Shown here: positions 37,042 through 46,337 of the stretch, piece after piece
Position numbering within the stretch: the first letter of the stretch is position 1
Layout: each line of letters opens with the position of its first letter
Assembly: GCA_937906475.1 (NCBI GenBank)
Contig: CALCZA010000217.1
Coordinates: forward strand, 17,844 to 81,843
Source: an uncultured bacterium
Lineage (GTDB): Bacteria; Planctomycetota; UBA1135; UBA2386
Reading direction: 5' to 3'
DNA: 64,000 nucleotides
Program-made: the position numbers and the translations under genes
The notes under the pieces: generated by a model
Told to the model about the DNA's origin: nothing
Databases searched by the model: none
What the model saw: only the letters and a program-made list of their open reading frames with translations

Positions 37042-38352
37042 CTAACTACCGCCACCTGCCGCTTCGAGTGCCTTCGCGGCAATTGCCTTGCGAAGACGCT
37101 CAGCGTGTACTTCACCATCGCGCCACTCGGCATAGAAACGCTCGGCGGTCAGGTAGTGGTCCAGCGCCTCTTCGAGTTTGCCTTCTGCCTCCGCCTTGGT
37201 CGCAGCGGCCCATTCGGCCTTAGCAGACTCGACGTCGATCTTCAGGCCAACGATGCGCGCCTCTTCGTCCTCAAGTCCATCCGGCCACACCTTGGTCAGC
37301 GCCTCGAAGGCAGCCAGAGCCTCGGCCTTCTTGCCCATGACCTCGAGGTCGAGGGCTTCTTGATAGTCCATCTGGCCGTGAAGCTTGCGGGATTGCATCA
37401 TCATGTCGTTGATCTCAGCCCGCAACAATGTCGACACGTTGAGAGCTTCCTGCAGCAACTCGTTGGCGATCACAAACTTCTCGTTGCGCATCGCAATCTG
37501 CGCGCGATCGAGCAAGCCGATAGCCAGCAACTCCTTCTCCATCAAGGCGATTGCGTCCGAGGCCGCCACCAGTTCTGGATCGAGTTGCAGTGCCCTGCGG
37601 TAAAGCATCATCGCGGCACCGAACTGGTTGGCCGACTCGCAGCTCTTCGCTTCCTGCAACTTGCTCATCGCACTCTCGTGGTTGGCATTCTTGGCCAGCT
37701 TCTTAGCGCTATCACGCTTCGCATCGCTCAGGTCCGGCGTATTGCGAAGGACCGATGCGGCATGCCAAGCGACCTCCTTGTGGCGGAAGTCGGGGTATTT
37801 GCGCCATGCCTGCAGCATCTGCTGCTGCGCGCGAATACTCATGCGTGCCAGCACTTCCCCAACGCGTTCGATGCCTTCTTCCGCCAACTCAAAGCCAGGA
37901 ATGAGCTCCTGACTTTGCAGATAGCCCTCCATGGCCGCCGTGAACTCCTTGCGATTGAGTTGCTCGTTGGCGCGTTCAACGATCCGCCCGGCCTTCTTGG
38001 CTATCGCTGCAATTCGTAGCGGCTTCGTGCCCGAATAGGTCGGGTCAAGCTCTTCCAACTGATCGAGCAACTTCAGCGCATCGTCTTCCTGCTCGGCGAA
38101 GATCATCATTTGCGCCCGATCGCGCATCCACTCGAGCTTCAACTGGGAATGCAATTCGGCAACATCTGCGGCCACCTCGCCGGCCACCACTTGGCGATCA
38201 AACTCGACGCTGATCTCTTCGTAGGCGTGCTTGTAGTCGCCCAGGCTGGCCATCTTCTGGCTGCGCTCGATAACTGAGTTAGTGCCACAGCCGGCGAGCA
38301 ACAGGAAGCCGAAGACGGGAAGGACCGTTGATAGGGATCGCACGAAAATCAT
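37042..38352 (-). CDS. TPR-repeat lipoprotein
   Basis: Lipobox VFGFLLLAGC. The protein is helical with TPR-like repeats throughout (e.g. GAAMMLYRRALQLDPE, AEALAAFEALTKVWP). Confidence 0.8.
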   Translation of the reverse strand: MIFVRSLSTVLPVFGFLLLAGCGTNSVIERSQKMASLGDYKHAYEEISVEFDRQVVAGEVAADVAELHSQLKLEWMRDRAQMMIFAEQEDDALKLLDQLEELDPTYSGTKPLRIAAIAKKAGRIVERANEQLNRKEFTAAMEGYLQSQELIPGFELAEEGIERVGEVLARMSIRAQQQMLQAWRKYPDFRHKEVAWHAASVLRNTPDLSDAKRDSAKKLAKNANHESAMSKLQEAKSCESANQFGAAMMLYRRALQLDPELVAASDAIALMEKELLAIGLLDRAQIAMRNEKFVIANELLQEALNVSTLLRAEINDMMMQSRKLHGQMDYQEALDLEVMGKKAEALAAFEALTKVWPDGLEDEEARIVGLKIDVESAKAEWAAATKAEAEGKLEEALDHYLTAERFYAEWRDGEVHAERLRKAIAAKALEAAGGGS

Positions 38353-38450
38353 GTCTGGACAGCGGATTGGTCAACCAGGCTCGGACCGGCCACAATGGCC
38401 GGCCGACTAAGACCGGCGGAGCGCCCGCCATCTTCCCGACGATCCCCGAG

Positions 38451-39053
38451 ATGTCCACAGCTTCACCAATCGGCTTCGACCTTCATGACTATGTTCGCTC
38501 GATTGAGCAGGTGCTCGACAAGCGCCCCGCCAACCGAGTCATCATCCGAGAGGTATCTAAGGCTACCAAAGAGCTTTGCAGCGACGACCGCTGGCTGGAG
38601 GAACGGCACCGGGTAGGGGAGCCAGACCGCTACACCCGCCATCTGCTGCACAGAGACCCCAAGAATCGGTTCATCATTCTCTCCTTGGTATGGCAGCCTG
38701 GTCAGATCACGCCAATCCACGACCACGCCTGCTGGGGCGTCATGGGCATCGTCGACAACACCCTCGAGGAAATTTGCTACGACCGCCTCGATGACGGCTC
38801 CCGGCCAGACTTCTGCGAACTGGAGCAGACCCGCGGCACCGATGTCGGCAAAGGTGGGGTCGCCTACCTGCTGCCACCCTATGAAGAGATCCACCGCATC
38901 GGCAACACCAGCAACAAGCCAACGATCTCGCTGCACGTCTACGGGCGCGACCTGGACGAGATCAACGTCTTTGACCAGGCGACCGGGAAGGTCAGCCCGA
39001 TGCGCATCAAGTATTACTCGCCGGACATCGGCGACGCGCCGTTCGTGATCTGA
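38451..39053 (+). CDS. Cysteine dioxygenase type I-like cupin (thiol dioxygenase family)
   Basis: The ATG at 38451 is the first plausible start. 3-His iron motif elements are PIHDHACWG and EIHRIGN. About 200 aa, which is typical. Confidence 0.8.
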   Translation: MSTASPIGFDLHDYVRSIEQVLDKRPANRVIIREVSKATKELCSDDRWLEERHRVGEPDRYTRHLLHRDPKNRFIILSLVWQPGQITPIHDHACWGVMGIVDNTLEEICYDRLDDGSRPDFCELEQTRGTDVGKGGVAYLLPPYEEIHRIGNTSNKPTISLHVYGRDLDEINVFDQATGKVSPMRIKYYSPDIGDAPFVI

Positions 39054-39141
39054 CCGGCCGCGTGCAGGCCAGCGTCAGGGAGCGGGCCTAACCGACCCAG
39101 CCTCAACAGCCCCAGAGCAACGCTCTAGAGCGCGGGCGGCT

Positions 39142-39162
39142 AGCAAGGCTCTAGGCCTTGCT
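39142..39162. terminator. Hairpin at the convergent gene junction, overlapping the kinase stop codon
   Basis: agcaaggcTCTAGgccttgct is an 8-bp perfect stem with a 5-nt loop. A 12-bp palindrome cgctctagagcg lies at 39121-39132. Confidence 0.35.
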
Positions 39163-40080
39163 GATGAAAGCTTCGAGATCGGTCTGCAGGTCGGTCAAGC
39201 CGTAATCCTTAACCGTGATGCATCGATAGACGATGCGCTCGAGTTCTGCCGGCGTCTTCGGGTTAAGCGAGTTCGGCGGCGTGTAGCTGAAGAAGTAGCT
39301 CAGCGACAGACGCTGCGTTTCGCCGCCACTTTGGTGGCCGGCGAACTCCCAAGGGACCTCGTCGAACGGCAAGGTGCCGGTCAGGATCTCGTAGATCATG
39401 ATTCCGATCGCCATGACGTCAGCCTTGCTGTCCGTCAGAAGCATCGGGTTGTAGTGCGGCGTCGTCGTGACCACCGTGCTATCGGGCAATCGCATTGCCG
39501 GGTCGAGCAGAACAACCTTGCCGCTTGGCTTGACGATGATGTTCTCTGGCTTGAGATCGCCGTGGTATTGCATCGTGCCCGACTCGCGCAGCGACGTCAG
39601 AGCTCGAACCACCGCCAAGAACCAATTGAGGTGAATCCCCTCGAGGCTGCGGATCTTCTCACGCATTGTCTTGCCGCGAACGTAATCGAGCACGAGCACC
39701 GGTTGGTTGTCGACCATCAGGCGATCGTGCACGCCAACTAGGTTCTCATGGTCGCAGTTAGCGAGCAGATCCCCCTCGGCGCGCAACATCGCGGACACTT
39801 CCTGTTGGTCGAACAAGTCGATGCGCACTCCACGCGGTTCGAAGAACACTGCCTCCGCTGGCAACTCATCGGGACTAATGCCCTCCGAGGTGCGACGTGA
39901 TGTGACCTCTAGCAACCGCGTGACCTGTCGGCCACCTCCAGAGATACCGCCCACCTTGAGCGCCACCTTGCTGCCAGATTGCTCGTGCTGTGCCAAATAG
40001 ACGGAAGCAAAGCCTCCGCGGCCCAAAAAACGAGTGATCCGGTAGCCCTCTACTACTTCACCGATCGCGACTTTCATCAT
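39151..40080 (-). CDS. Stand-alone Hanks-type Ser/Thr protein kinase domain with atypical motifs
   Basis: Contains GRGGFASV (Gly loop), VALK, HGDLKPENI and DVMAIGIMIYE. DPA replaces DFG. Start chosen at the MMKVAIGE ATG (40080); the ORF is open to 40191. Confidence 0.85.
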   Translation of the reverse strand: MMKVAIGEVVEGYRITRFLGRGGFASVYLAQHEQSGSKVALKVGGISGGGRQVTRLLEVTSRRTSEGISPDELPAEAVFFEPRGVRIDLFDQQEVSAMLRAEGDLLANCDHENLVGVHDRLMVDNQPVLVLDYVRGKTMREKIRSLEGIHLNWFLAVVRALTSLRESGTMQYHGDLKPENIIVKPSGKVVLLDPAMRLPDSTVVTTTPHYNPMLLTDSKADVMAIGIMIYEILTGTLPFDEVPWEFAGHQSGGETQRLSLSYFFSYTPPNSLNPKTPAELERIVYRCITVKDYGLTDLQTDLEAFISKA

Positions 40081-40392
40081 CCGCTGTGTAATCCCAGTTG
40101 CTTGTGCGGAGAGCACTTCCCCCCGCCGGCTCTGCTTTCGGTATCCACTTGCTAAGAGTTGAGTTACGACACAAGTAGTCCACATAAACACGGTGCCACC
40201 GTCACTTCCGAGTCACTTGGAATCGAAGCTAACGAGCGCGCCTTTTACTTCGCGCTGCACGTGAGTAGCCAAGAGGTCGGCTTGGCACCTATTGCCCCGA
40301 TGCATCAACTCTGAGAGCGGTCCTTTGAGCCGCCACGGCGAGTTTCCGATGTCATCGAATCGAGTGGGCAGAAGGAGGCCCTCAGCACGAAT

Positions 40393-40743
40393 CTAGATGC
40401 TGAAAGCACCTAGGATGTCCCCCTCCACCCAACGAAACGCAGCCGCCTCGCTAACATAATGCAGCGAAGAAATCGCAATCATGGGCCGTGGCGACTCAGG
40501 CCCTGGCAGGCTTGCTGCCGATAACTGAACACGCGGTGATACCCATGTCATCGGCAGCAGAGCCACAAAGCCCGCAACTCCAATGCAAGTCCACCCGAGC
40601 AAGCGAGGCCACAACGGCTGTGCCCGCGAAGCCCTGATTCGGTCCGCTTCGGCAACCGTCATCTCGGCAGTCATGCGCCACGGATTGCGTAGCGGACGGC
40701 CATCGGAACCGAACTCGAGCGGGACGGATGTCCCCCCCCACAC
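40393..40743 (-). CDS. Possible small membrane protein (116 aa), doubtful
   Basis: It is the only sizeable ORF in a ~700-bp gap and has one hydrophobic segment, LLGWTCIGVAGFVALLPMTWV. There is no family and no other support. Confidence 0.3.
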   Translation of the reverse strand: MWGGTSVPLEFGSDGRPLRNPWRMTAEMTVAEADRIRASRAQPLWPRLLGWTCIGVAGFVALLPMTWVSPRVQLSAASLPGPESPRPMIAISSLHYVSEAAAFRWVEGDILGAFSI

Positions 40744-40786
40744 GTATGGATGCGCTGCCCATCAGTCCCCACTTCGCCATGTTCTC

Positions 40787-42589
40787 ATGATCAGAACCAA
40801 CACCCTCTCGCCACAGCGCTTTCTTGCGGCAACCTTCTTAGCTTTGCTCGCTGCCTGTAGCGGCGGCGGTGGTGGTGGCGGCGGCCCGACGAGTGCTTCC
40901 CCAATAATCATTGCGGCCTCGCTGGCGGGCTCAGGCGGCAATCCGGTGGCTGGCGACACGCTAGTGCTGGGATTCTCGACGACCGTGGCGCTCGTTAGCG
41001 GCGCGCTGTTGACGGGCGAAGACTTCACGCTTTCGGGCAGTGCCTCGCTTGGCGCGGTAACGACAGCGCCTGCGGTGCTCAGCAGCACAACACTTTCGAT
41101 CACATTGGGCGCGGGCGTCACCTTCACGCCGGGCACCACGACGATCGTATTGTCCGAGCTGAATGATGCAGTTGGCGGCACGACCACGGCACCGAGGGGT
41201 GGTGGACCGGCGATCACGATCGGTATTGGTGACGGCTCTCAACCGACGGTCAGCAACGTAACCATCGCCAAAGTCGACGACGAGTTGAACGGCACCGGCG
41301 CAGCTGGTGGCACGCTCCAGGTGCCAACCAACGGCTGGACCCTGGATCTCACCTACTCGGACAACGGTGCCATCGCGACCAGCCAAACCGTCATCACAGC
41401 GGATGTCAGCATCTCGACAACAGCTGGTTCGCAGCCGCCGGGCACGAACCTGCGTTCGTTCTTCACCCAAGTCAACTCCAACAACACCACGACCAACTAC
41501 CTGATCCCGACCACGGTTGGCTTCCCGGCAACTGCGGTCACACTGACGTGCATTGCCGTGGACGTTTCGGGCCTATCCTCGACTCCGACTGCGTATTCGT
41601 TCACCGTACGTGCGTTCAACAACAACACCCAACCGTTTGAGACCTCGGCCAACGCCAGCCAAGTGTGGTTCCTCGACTTCTCGCGCGACGAAGACTCCTA
41701 CGCGACGAGTAACCCTAATGGCCAAGCCCAAGTCGACATCACGAGCGGCGCTAATTCGGTCAGTGACTTCGAAGACCTGCTACAGATCGTTGGCCTGACC
41801 TCGGCAACGCCGATCCCCAACGTGCAAGGTAGCGAAAGCAGCAATGACATTGTCATCAGTCGCATCAAGACGGAGATGCTCGCCGACCTGGCGGCCGACT
41901 ACTCCGGCTCGCCGGTCTCGTTCACGTTGACCGAGCCTGCTGGCAACTTCAACGGCAACTCGAGCGTCACCTACGCCTCTCTAGGGTTCTCGAAGATTGC
42001 GATCAGCGGTTCGTCATCGATACCCGGCGTCTTAGGCCTCGCGATCTTCGATCCATCCAACGCGACGCAAAACGACAACACCCAAATCGACTTCCCAATA
42101 GCGGGCGGCGCTGCACGTCTCGGAGTGTTCTTGCACACAATCATCGATAGCGGCGTCGGACAGCCGAACAGTTCGCTGTTCCGCACGACCTACGACGCAT
42201 TCACACTGATCAATGGCGGCACGCCGATCGGCCACGTATCGCAAGATGGTGATCGCCTGCTCGGAACAGTTGGCGATAGCCGTGAACACGAAATTGACAC
42301 CGCGATCTCGCTGCTCGCGCGCTTCGTCGCAACGGTGACGGCACACGAATGCGGCCACTCGGTCGGACTGGTTGTTGAGGGCGCGATGCCGATTGGCCTC
42401 TACGGCAACGACAGCGTCAACTTTCCTGATTCGGCTTCCGGACACATCCGCAACGCGAGTCTGTTCCCCTCCGGGTCGACCAACCTGATGAGTCCCGCGC
42501 TCAACTTCACATTGGCCACCGGCCCTGCGACGGCGTTTAACACCCTCAACTTGGCCTACCTGCGCGAGCAGGTCTTCTACGGCAACTGA
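40787..42589 (+). CDS. Lipoprotein with poly-Gly linker, Thr/Ser-rich Ig-like region and C-terminal HExxH zinc-protease-like motif
   Basis: The ATG at 40787 gives the lipobox FLALLAACSGGGGGGGGP. VTAHECGHSVGL lies near the C-terminus. Confidence 0.8.
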   Translation: MIRTNTLSPQRFLAATFLALLAACSGGGGGGGGPTSASPIIIAASLAGSGGNPVAGDTLVLGFSTTVALVSGALLTGEDFTLSGSASLGAVTTAPAVLSSTTLSITLGAGVTFTPGTTTIVLSELNDAVGGTTTAPRGGGPAITIGIGDGSQPTVSNVTIAKVDDELNGTGAAGGTLQVPTNGWTLDLTYSDNGAIATSQTVITADVSISTTAGSQPPGTNLRSFFTQVNSNNTTTNYLIPTTVGFPATAVTLTCIAVDVSGLSSTPTAYSFTVRAFNNNTQPFETSANASQVWFLDFSRDEDSYATSNPNGQAQVDITSGANSVSDFEDLLQIVGLTSATPIPNVQGSESSNDIVISRIKTEMLADLAADYSGSPVSFTLTEPAGNFNGNSSVTYASLGFSKIAISGSSSIPGVLGLAIFDPSNATQNDNTQIDFPIAGGAARLGVFLHTIIDSGVGQPNSSLFRTTYDAFTLINGGTPIGHVSQDGDRLLGTVGDSREHEIDTAISLLARFVATVTAHECGHSVGLVVEGAMPIGLYGNDSVNFPDSASGHIRNASLFPSGSTNLMSPALNFTLATGPATAFNTLNLAYLREQVFYGN

Positions 42590-42591
42590 TC

Positions 42592-43551
42592 ATGCGCATC
42601 CTTCCCATTCTATGTTCGATACTCGGTCTGTCCGTAATCGCATCAAGCCAGAACCTTCGCAAGGGACTCGTCCGCGCTGACGCGATCGTCGTCGCCCGGC
42701 AAGTCGGCAAGAAGGCGCACGGCGACCAAATCGCCTTGCACCGATTGCAAGTCATCCAGAACGTGCGCGGCGCGGCAGAACACAAAGCCGTGACCGTCAT
42801 CGACTGGCCCAAACTGTCGCTGCACCAGCGCCCAACGCCACGCCAGTCGCGCCTCTACTGCCTGCAAGACGCCAGCGTCGCGGCAACGCGCATGGGCTTG
42901 CCGACAAGCGACGGCCCGTACTTCAAAATGGTCGGTTGGGCTGGCAGCAACCCGCTGATCGGCAAGGACCTTGAGAAGGATCCCGTCATGCGATTCGCAC
43001 GCGTGCTAGCCAGCAGCGAGAAGGGCACGTCGCCCAACGTCACGGCCTCAACGCTCGCAGGCATGGCGGTCAACGCCGCACCTGCCGTGCGCACCGAGAT
43101 CGCCCGCTTCCTCAGTGAGCGCACCGACCTGCGCGGCAAGCTCTCAAGCGTGCACTGGACGCAACTGATCGCGCGCGCAACAGGCGAGATGGAAGACATC
43201 GAATACAAAATCGCGCTGTCGGAACTCTGTGCTGCGCAGCGACTCGATGGATTTCTCGACGCACTCGCCGTGTCGCTTGGCCCAGTCCAGGACGTGCGCT
43301 TCGCACGCTGCGTCGGCCGCATCGGCAAGGCGCTACACGGCGAAGAGGCGACTACAAAGCTAGTCGAGCGACTGAAATACGCGGGCCAAGCGCAGGATCG
43401 CAGGATGCTGCTACTGGCGATTGGTGCGACTAATACGAAGTCCGCGCTCGACGCACTGCTGCGCATGAGCAGTTCGGATGCGGCGGTCAACGCCGCGCTC
43501 AACGAGCATCGTTCGCCGCGCGCGAAGGAAGCCGTCGCCCGTCGCAAGTAA
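42592..43551 (+). CDS. Secreted helical-repeat (HEAT-like) protein
   Basis: Starts 2 nt after the previous stop, with signal MRILPILCSILGLSVIASSQ. The C-terminal half looks like HEAT-type repeats (LLLLAIGATNTKSALDALLRMSSSD). Confidence 0.75.
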   Translation: MRILPILCSILGLSVIASSQNLRKGLVRADAIVVARQVGKKAHGDQIALHRLQVIQNVRGAAEHKAVTVIDWPKLSLHQRPTPRQSRLYCLQDASVAATRMGLPTSDGPYFKMVGWAGSNPLIGKDLEKDPVMRFARVLASSEKGTSPNVTASTLAGMAVNAAPAVRTEIARFLSERTDLRGKLSSVHWTQLIARATGEMEDIEYKIALSELCAAQRLDGFLDALAVSLGPVQDVRFARCVGRIGKALHGEEATTKLVERLKYAGQAQDRRMLLLAIGATNTKSALDALLRMSSSDAAVNAALNEHRSPRAKEAVARRK

Positions 43552-43566
43552 GCGACGGGACGCGCC

Positions 43567-43839
43567 CTAGTTCAGCGCGGGGACGCTGCCCACCGGGACA
43601 CCCTCAGTGTCGCCCGGCTTGGCCGCTTGGTGCAGCGCAACCTGATCGCGAGCGATCAAGTCGATCTCCTGCGTGACGACAAATTGGCGCAGCGTGGTCA
43701 GCACCGCCAGCAACTGCACGGCCAACAGGGCGAGCATGACCAGGGCACCTATCATCATCGATGACGTGGCAGTCTGGACTTCGCTCACCGACGCAAACCA
43801 TGCCGCATCAACTTGCTCACCGCTCGACAGCACGACCAA
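43567..43839 (-). CDS. Possible small single-TM protein (90 aa)
   Basis: ORF with the hydrophobic segment MMIGALVMLALLAVQLLAVL. No family. Confidence 0.4.
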   Translation of the reverse strand: MVVLSSGEQVDAAWFASVSEVQTATSSMMIGALVMLALLAVQLLAVLTTLRQFVVTQEIDLIARDQVALHQAAKPGDTEGVPVGSVPALN

Positions 43840-44058
43840 TTACGAGGGCGTTGATAGTCATGAGCGGCTCAGACAAGGGCGTCGAGGAGAATATTCCCCG
43901 AGCATATCGGGTCATTGGAAGATGTGCTTACGACGTTCTGGCGCGCCGCTTACCGAGCCAGATCGGCACCAGAGTGAACGTTACCTGCGACATCAGGACA
44001 CCAACCGCTTGGCGCTCGCGCAAGCAAGCAACCGGCAGGACCGCAACCACGACGGCGG

Positions 44059-45174
44059 CTAACGCTTCAAGCGGCGGATCACACGCAGCGCATGTTGCCG
44101 TTCTTGCAGGTGATCGCGAACTTGCAACTCGTGCGCCGTAGTGATCAACCGCGTGCCGTTGCCATGCCAGCGCTTACCGATTTGGTCGGTGCGCGGATTA
44201 GTTAGGTAGGCCGCGGTGCCGGCACCCAACGTCCACTCAACCATTGGTATCGAACTCGTGCCGGCAAAAAGCTGCAGGTGTGGCATCGCGGAGATGTCGG
44301 GGTCTAACTGCAATTCGAAGCCACCTCCGAGCAACCAGCGAAGTCGATCGTGCTCGGCGCGGCGCAAAGCGGCGCCACGCGGGAAGATCATGGTGCTGCG
44401 ATCGGCCACCTCGGTCACCGCCGCAACCGCACGTCGCACGGACGCCTCGGTTTCGCGATGCTGTCGCGGCATGCGCACCAATGATTGACGAATTGGCTCC
44501 GTTAGAAGCACCAATCGTTCGCGCGGCGTCTTGTCGACACGCTGCTTCTCGACCAACACACGATCGAGCACCACTAGTGGTCCAATCGCGAGCGGCCGAT
44601 AGAGATCGCCACCATCCCCACAGCACGCCAATCGCACACCAGACCAAGCCCGAACACGAGTCGTTGTTTGCGCCTTCTTGCCAAGTCGCCACGGCTGCAG
44701 TGAACGGCGTTCGTAGGTCACCGAGACGGCCCTAATGCGAGCCTTGCGATTCTGCGCCAACGTCACACGAACCGTCGCACCATCCGCGAGCAAGAACTCG
44801 AGCCCAGCGGAATACGGGCCAGCCGCTTCGCCGCTGCGCAGGTGCAGGCCACCATCGGGAGCCAACAACACTTCGCGCCCCGATGGGAACGTCAACTTCA
44901 CTCCGACCGAACGACAAGCCACGTGAACACCGCCCGGAGTCACGCAGCCACCTGATTCGTGGAAGCACAGTGTGGCCCTATTGTGATTGACGCCGCCTTC
45001 CCCAAGGCCGAAGTCGCGCACCGGAATCGTTGCTTTGGCATCTGACAACACGACCTCGGGCAGCAGCTTAGGTAGCGGCCGAAGACGTGTGCCTTCTTCA
45101 TCACCTTGTTGGCCAACGAGAGTTGCCGACACGGCGAGAATGGCAGATGCGAAATGCAGCGAAGGACCCATCAC
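44059..45174 (-). CDS. Secreted hypothetical protein
   Basis: 371-aa ORF with signal MMGPSLHFASAILAVSATLVGQQ. No recognisable motifs. Confidence 0.7.
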   Translation of the reverse strand: MMGPSLHFASAILAVSATLVGQQGDEEGTRLRPLPKLLPEVVLSDAKATIPVRDFGLGEGGVNHNRATLCFHESGGCVTPGGVHVACRSVGVKLTFPSGREVLLAPDGGLHLRSGEAAGPYSAGLEFLLADGATVRVTLAQNRKARIRAVSVTYERRSLQPWRLGKKAQTTTRVRAWSGVRLACCGDGGDLYRPLAIGPLVVLDRVLVEKQRVDKTPRERLVLLTEPIRQSLVRMPRQHRETEASVRRAVAAVTEVADRSTMIFPRGAALRRAEHDRLRWLLGGGFELQLDPDISAMPHLQLFAGTSSIPMVEWTLGAGTAAYLTNPRTDQIGKRWHGNGTRLITTAHELQVRDHLQERQHALRVIRRLKR

Positions 45175-45392
45175 ACTGGATTTATCGGCAACTCAGGCGG
45201 TGCAGCCTTAGGCGAGCATCAGCGCACCGCCCACAATCACTTCGAGGACACCGAAACGCCCAATTCAGACACGATGGCAGCCAAGAACGCAAAGGTAGCC
45301 GGCAAATCCCTGCGGAACCAGCGAACCCAAACCATTCAAGCTCCGTTAGCTAAGCTGCTCGGGTTACCCAACTCCCCTCCGGTGGTGCTAGC

Positions 45393-46331
45393 ATGAAGAC
45401 TGCGTATCCCACTCAGCGAATGACCCCCCTCGCGCAGAAACTCATCGAGGCTGTCGGACAGAGCGTTCACGGCAAGGAAGACGTCATCGAATTGGCGGTT
45501 ATCACCTTGTTTGCCGGTGGACACCTCCTGATCGAAGACCTTCCCGGCGTCGGCAAGACGCTACTTGCCCGCAGTCTCGCGCAATCGCTTGACCTGCCCT
45601 TCCAGCGCATCCAGTGCACGGCCGACCTTCTGCCGAGTGACTTGATTGGCGCGCAGATATACCACCCAAGAACTGGTGAGTTGACGTTCCGCCAAGGGCC
45701 GGTGTTCACCTCGGTGTTGATGGCGGATGAACTCAACCGCACGCCACCGCGAACGCAATCGGCTTTGCTCGAGTGCATGGCCGAACGCAGTGTCACCGTC
45801 GATCGAGATCGGCACATCCTGCCTGACCCGTTCTTTGTCGTCGCGACGCAGAACCCGCTAACGGCGGCCGGCACCTACCTGTTGCCGGACAACCAACTCG
45901 ACCGCTTCTTGTTGCGCATCGAAATGGGGCATCTCGACTCTGAGTTTGAGATCGATGTGGTCAGCCGCGAAGACGGCCACCGCTCCGTCGAAGACTGCGA
46001 GCCAGTCGCCAGCAAGGAAGAACTGCTGGTCGCGCGGCAAGCCATTGACGCCGTGCGGTGCGATCGCGAACTGGTAGCGTTCCTCGTCGAACTGGCCAAC
46101 CGCACACGCACCTCGCCGAATATCGCACAAGGTGTCAGCACGCGTGGTGCGCAAGCATTGCACCGCGCCTGCCGGGCACGAGCTCATGTGCACGGCCGTG
46201 ACTTCGTCGTGCCGGATGACGTCCGCGCACTGCTGGTGCCGGCGTGGGCCCACCGTCTAACGCCGCGTTCCGGTGCCAACGCCGCCGCATTGCTGCACGA
46301 GATCCTCGGCGAAACTTCGCTGCCGGATTAA
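45393..46331 (+). CDS. MoxR-family AAA+ ATPase
   Basis: Walker A DLPGVGKT, Walker B VLMADELNR, and ATQNP. 312 aa, which is typical. Confidence 0.95.
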   Translation: MKTAYPTQRMTPLAQKLIEAVGQSVHGKEDVIELAVITLFAGGHLLIEDLPGVGKTLLARSLAQSLDLPFQRIQCTADLLPSDLIGAQIYHPRTGELTFRQGPVFTSVLMADELNRTPPRTQSALLECMAERSVTVDRDRHILPDPFFVVATQNPLTAAGTYLLPDNQLDRFLLRIEMGHLDSEFEIDVVSREDGHRSVEDCEPVASKEELLVARQAIDAVRCDRELVAFLVELANRTRTSPNIAQGVSTRGAQALHRACRARAHVHGRDFVVPDDVRALLVPAWAHRLTPRSGANAAALLHEILGETSLPD

Positions 46332-46337
46332 TCGTAG

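Noticed and set aside
36190-38019. 609-aa plus-strand ORF spanning the kinase/TPR gene boundary
   Set aside because: It is antisense to two well-supported minus-strand genes with clear motifs. Its translation is Arg/His/Gln-rich nonsense with no motifs. This is the typical shadow ORF of high-GC DNA.
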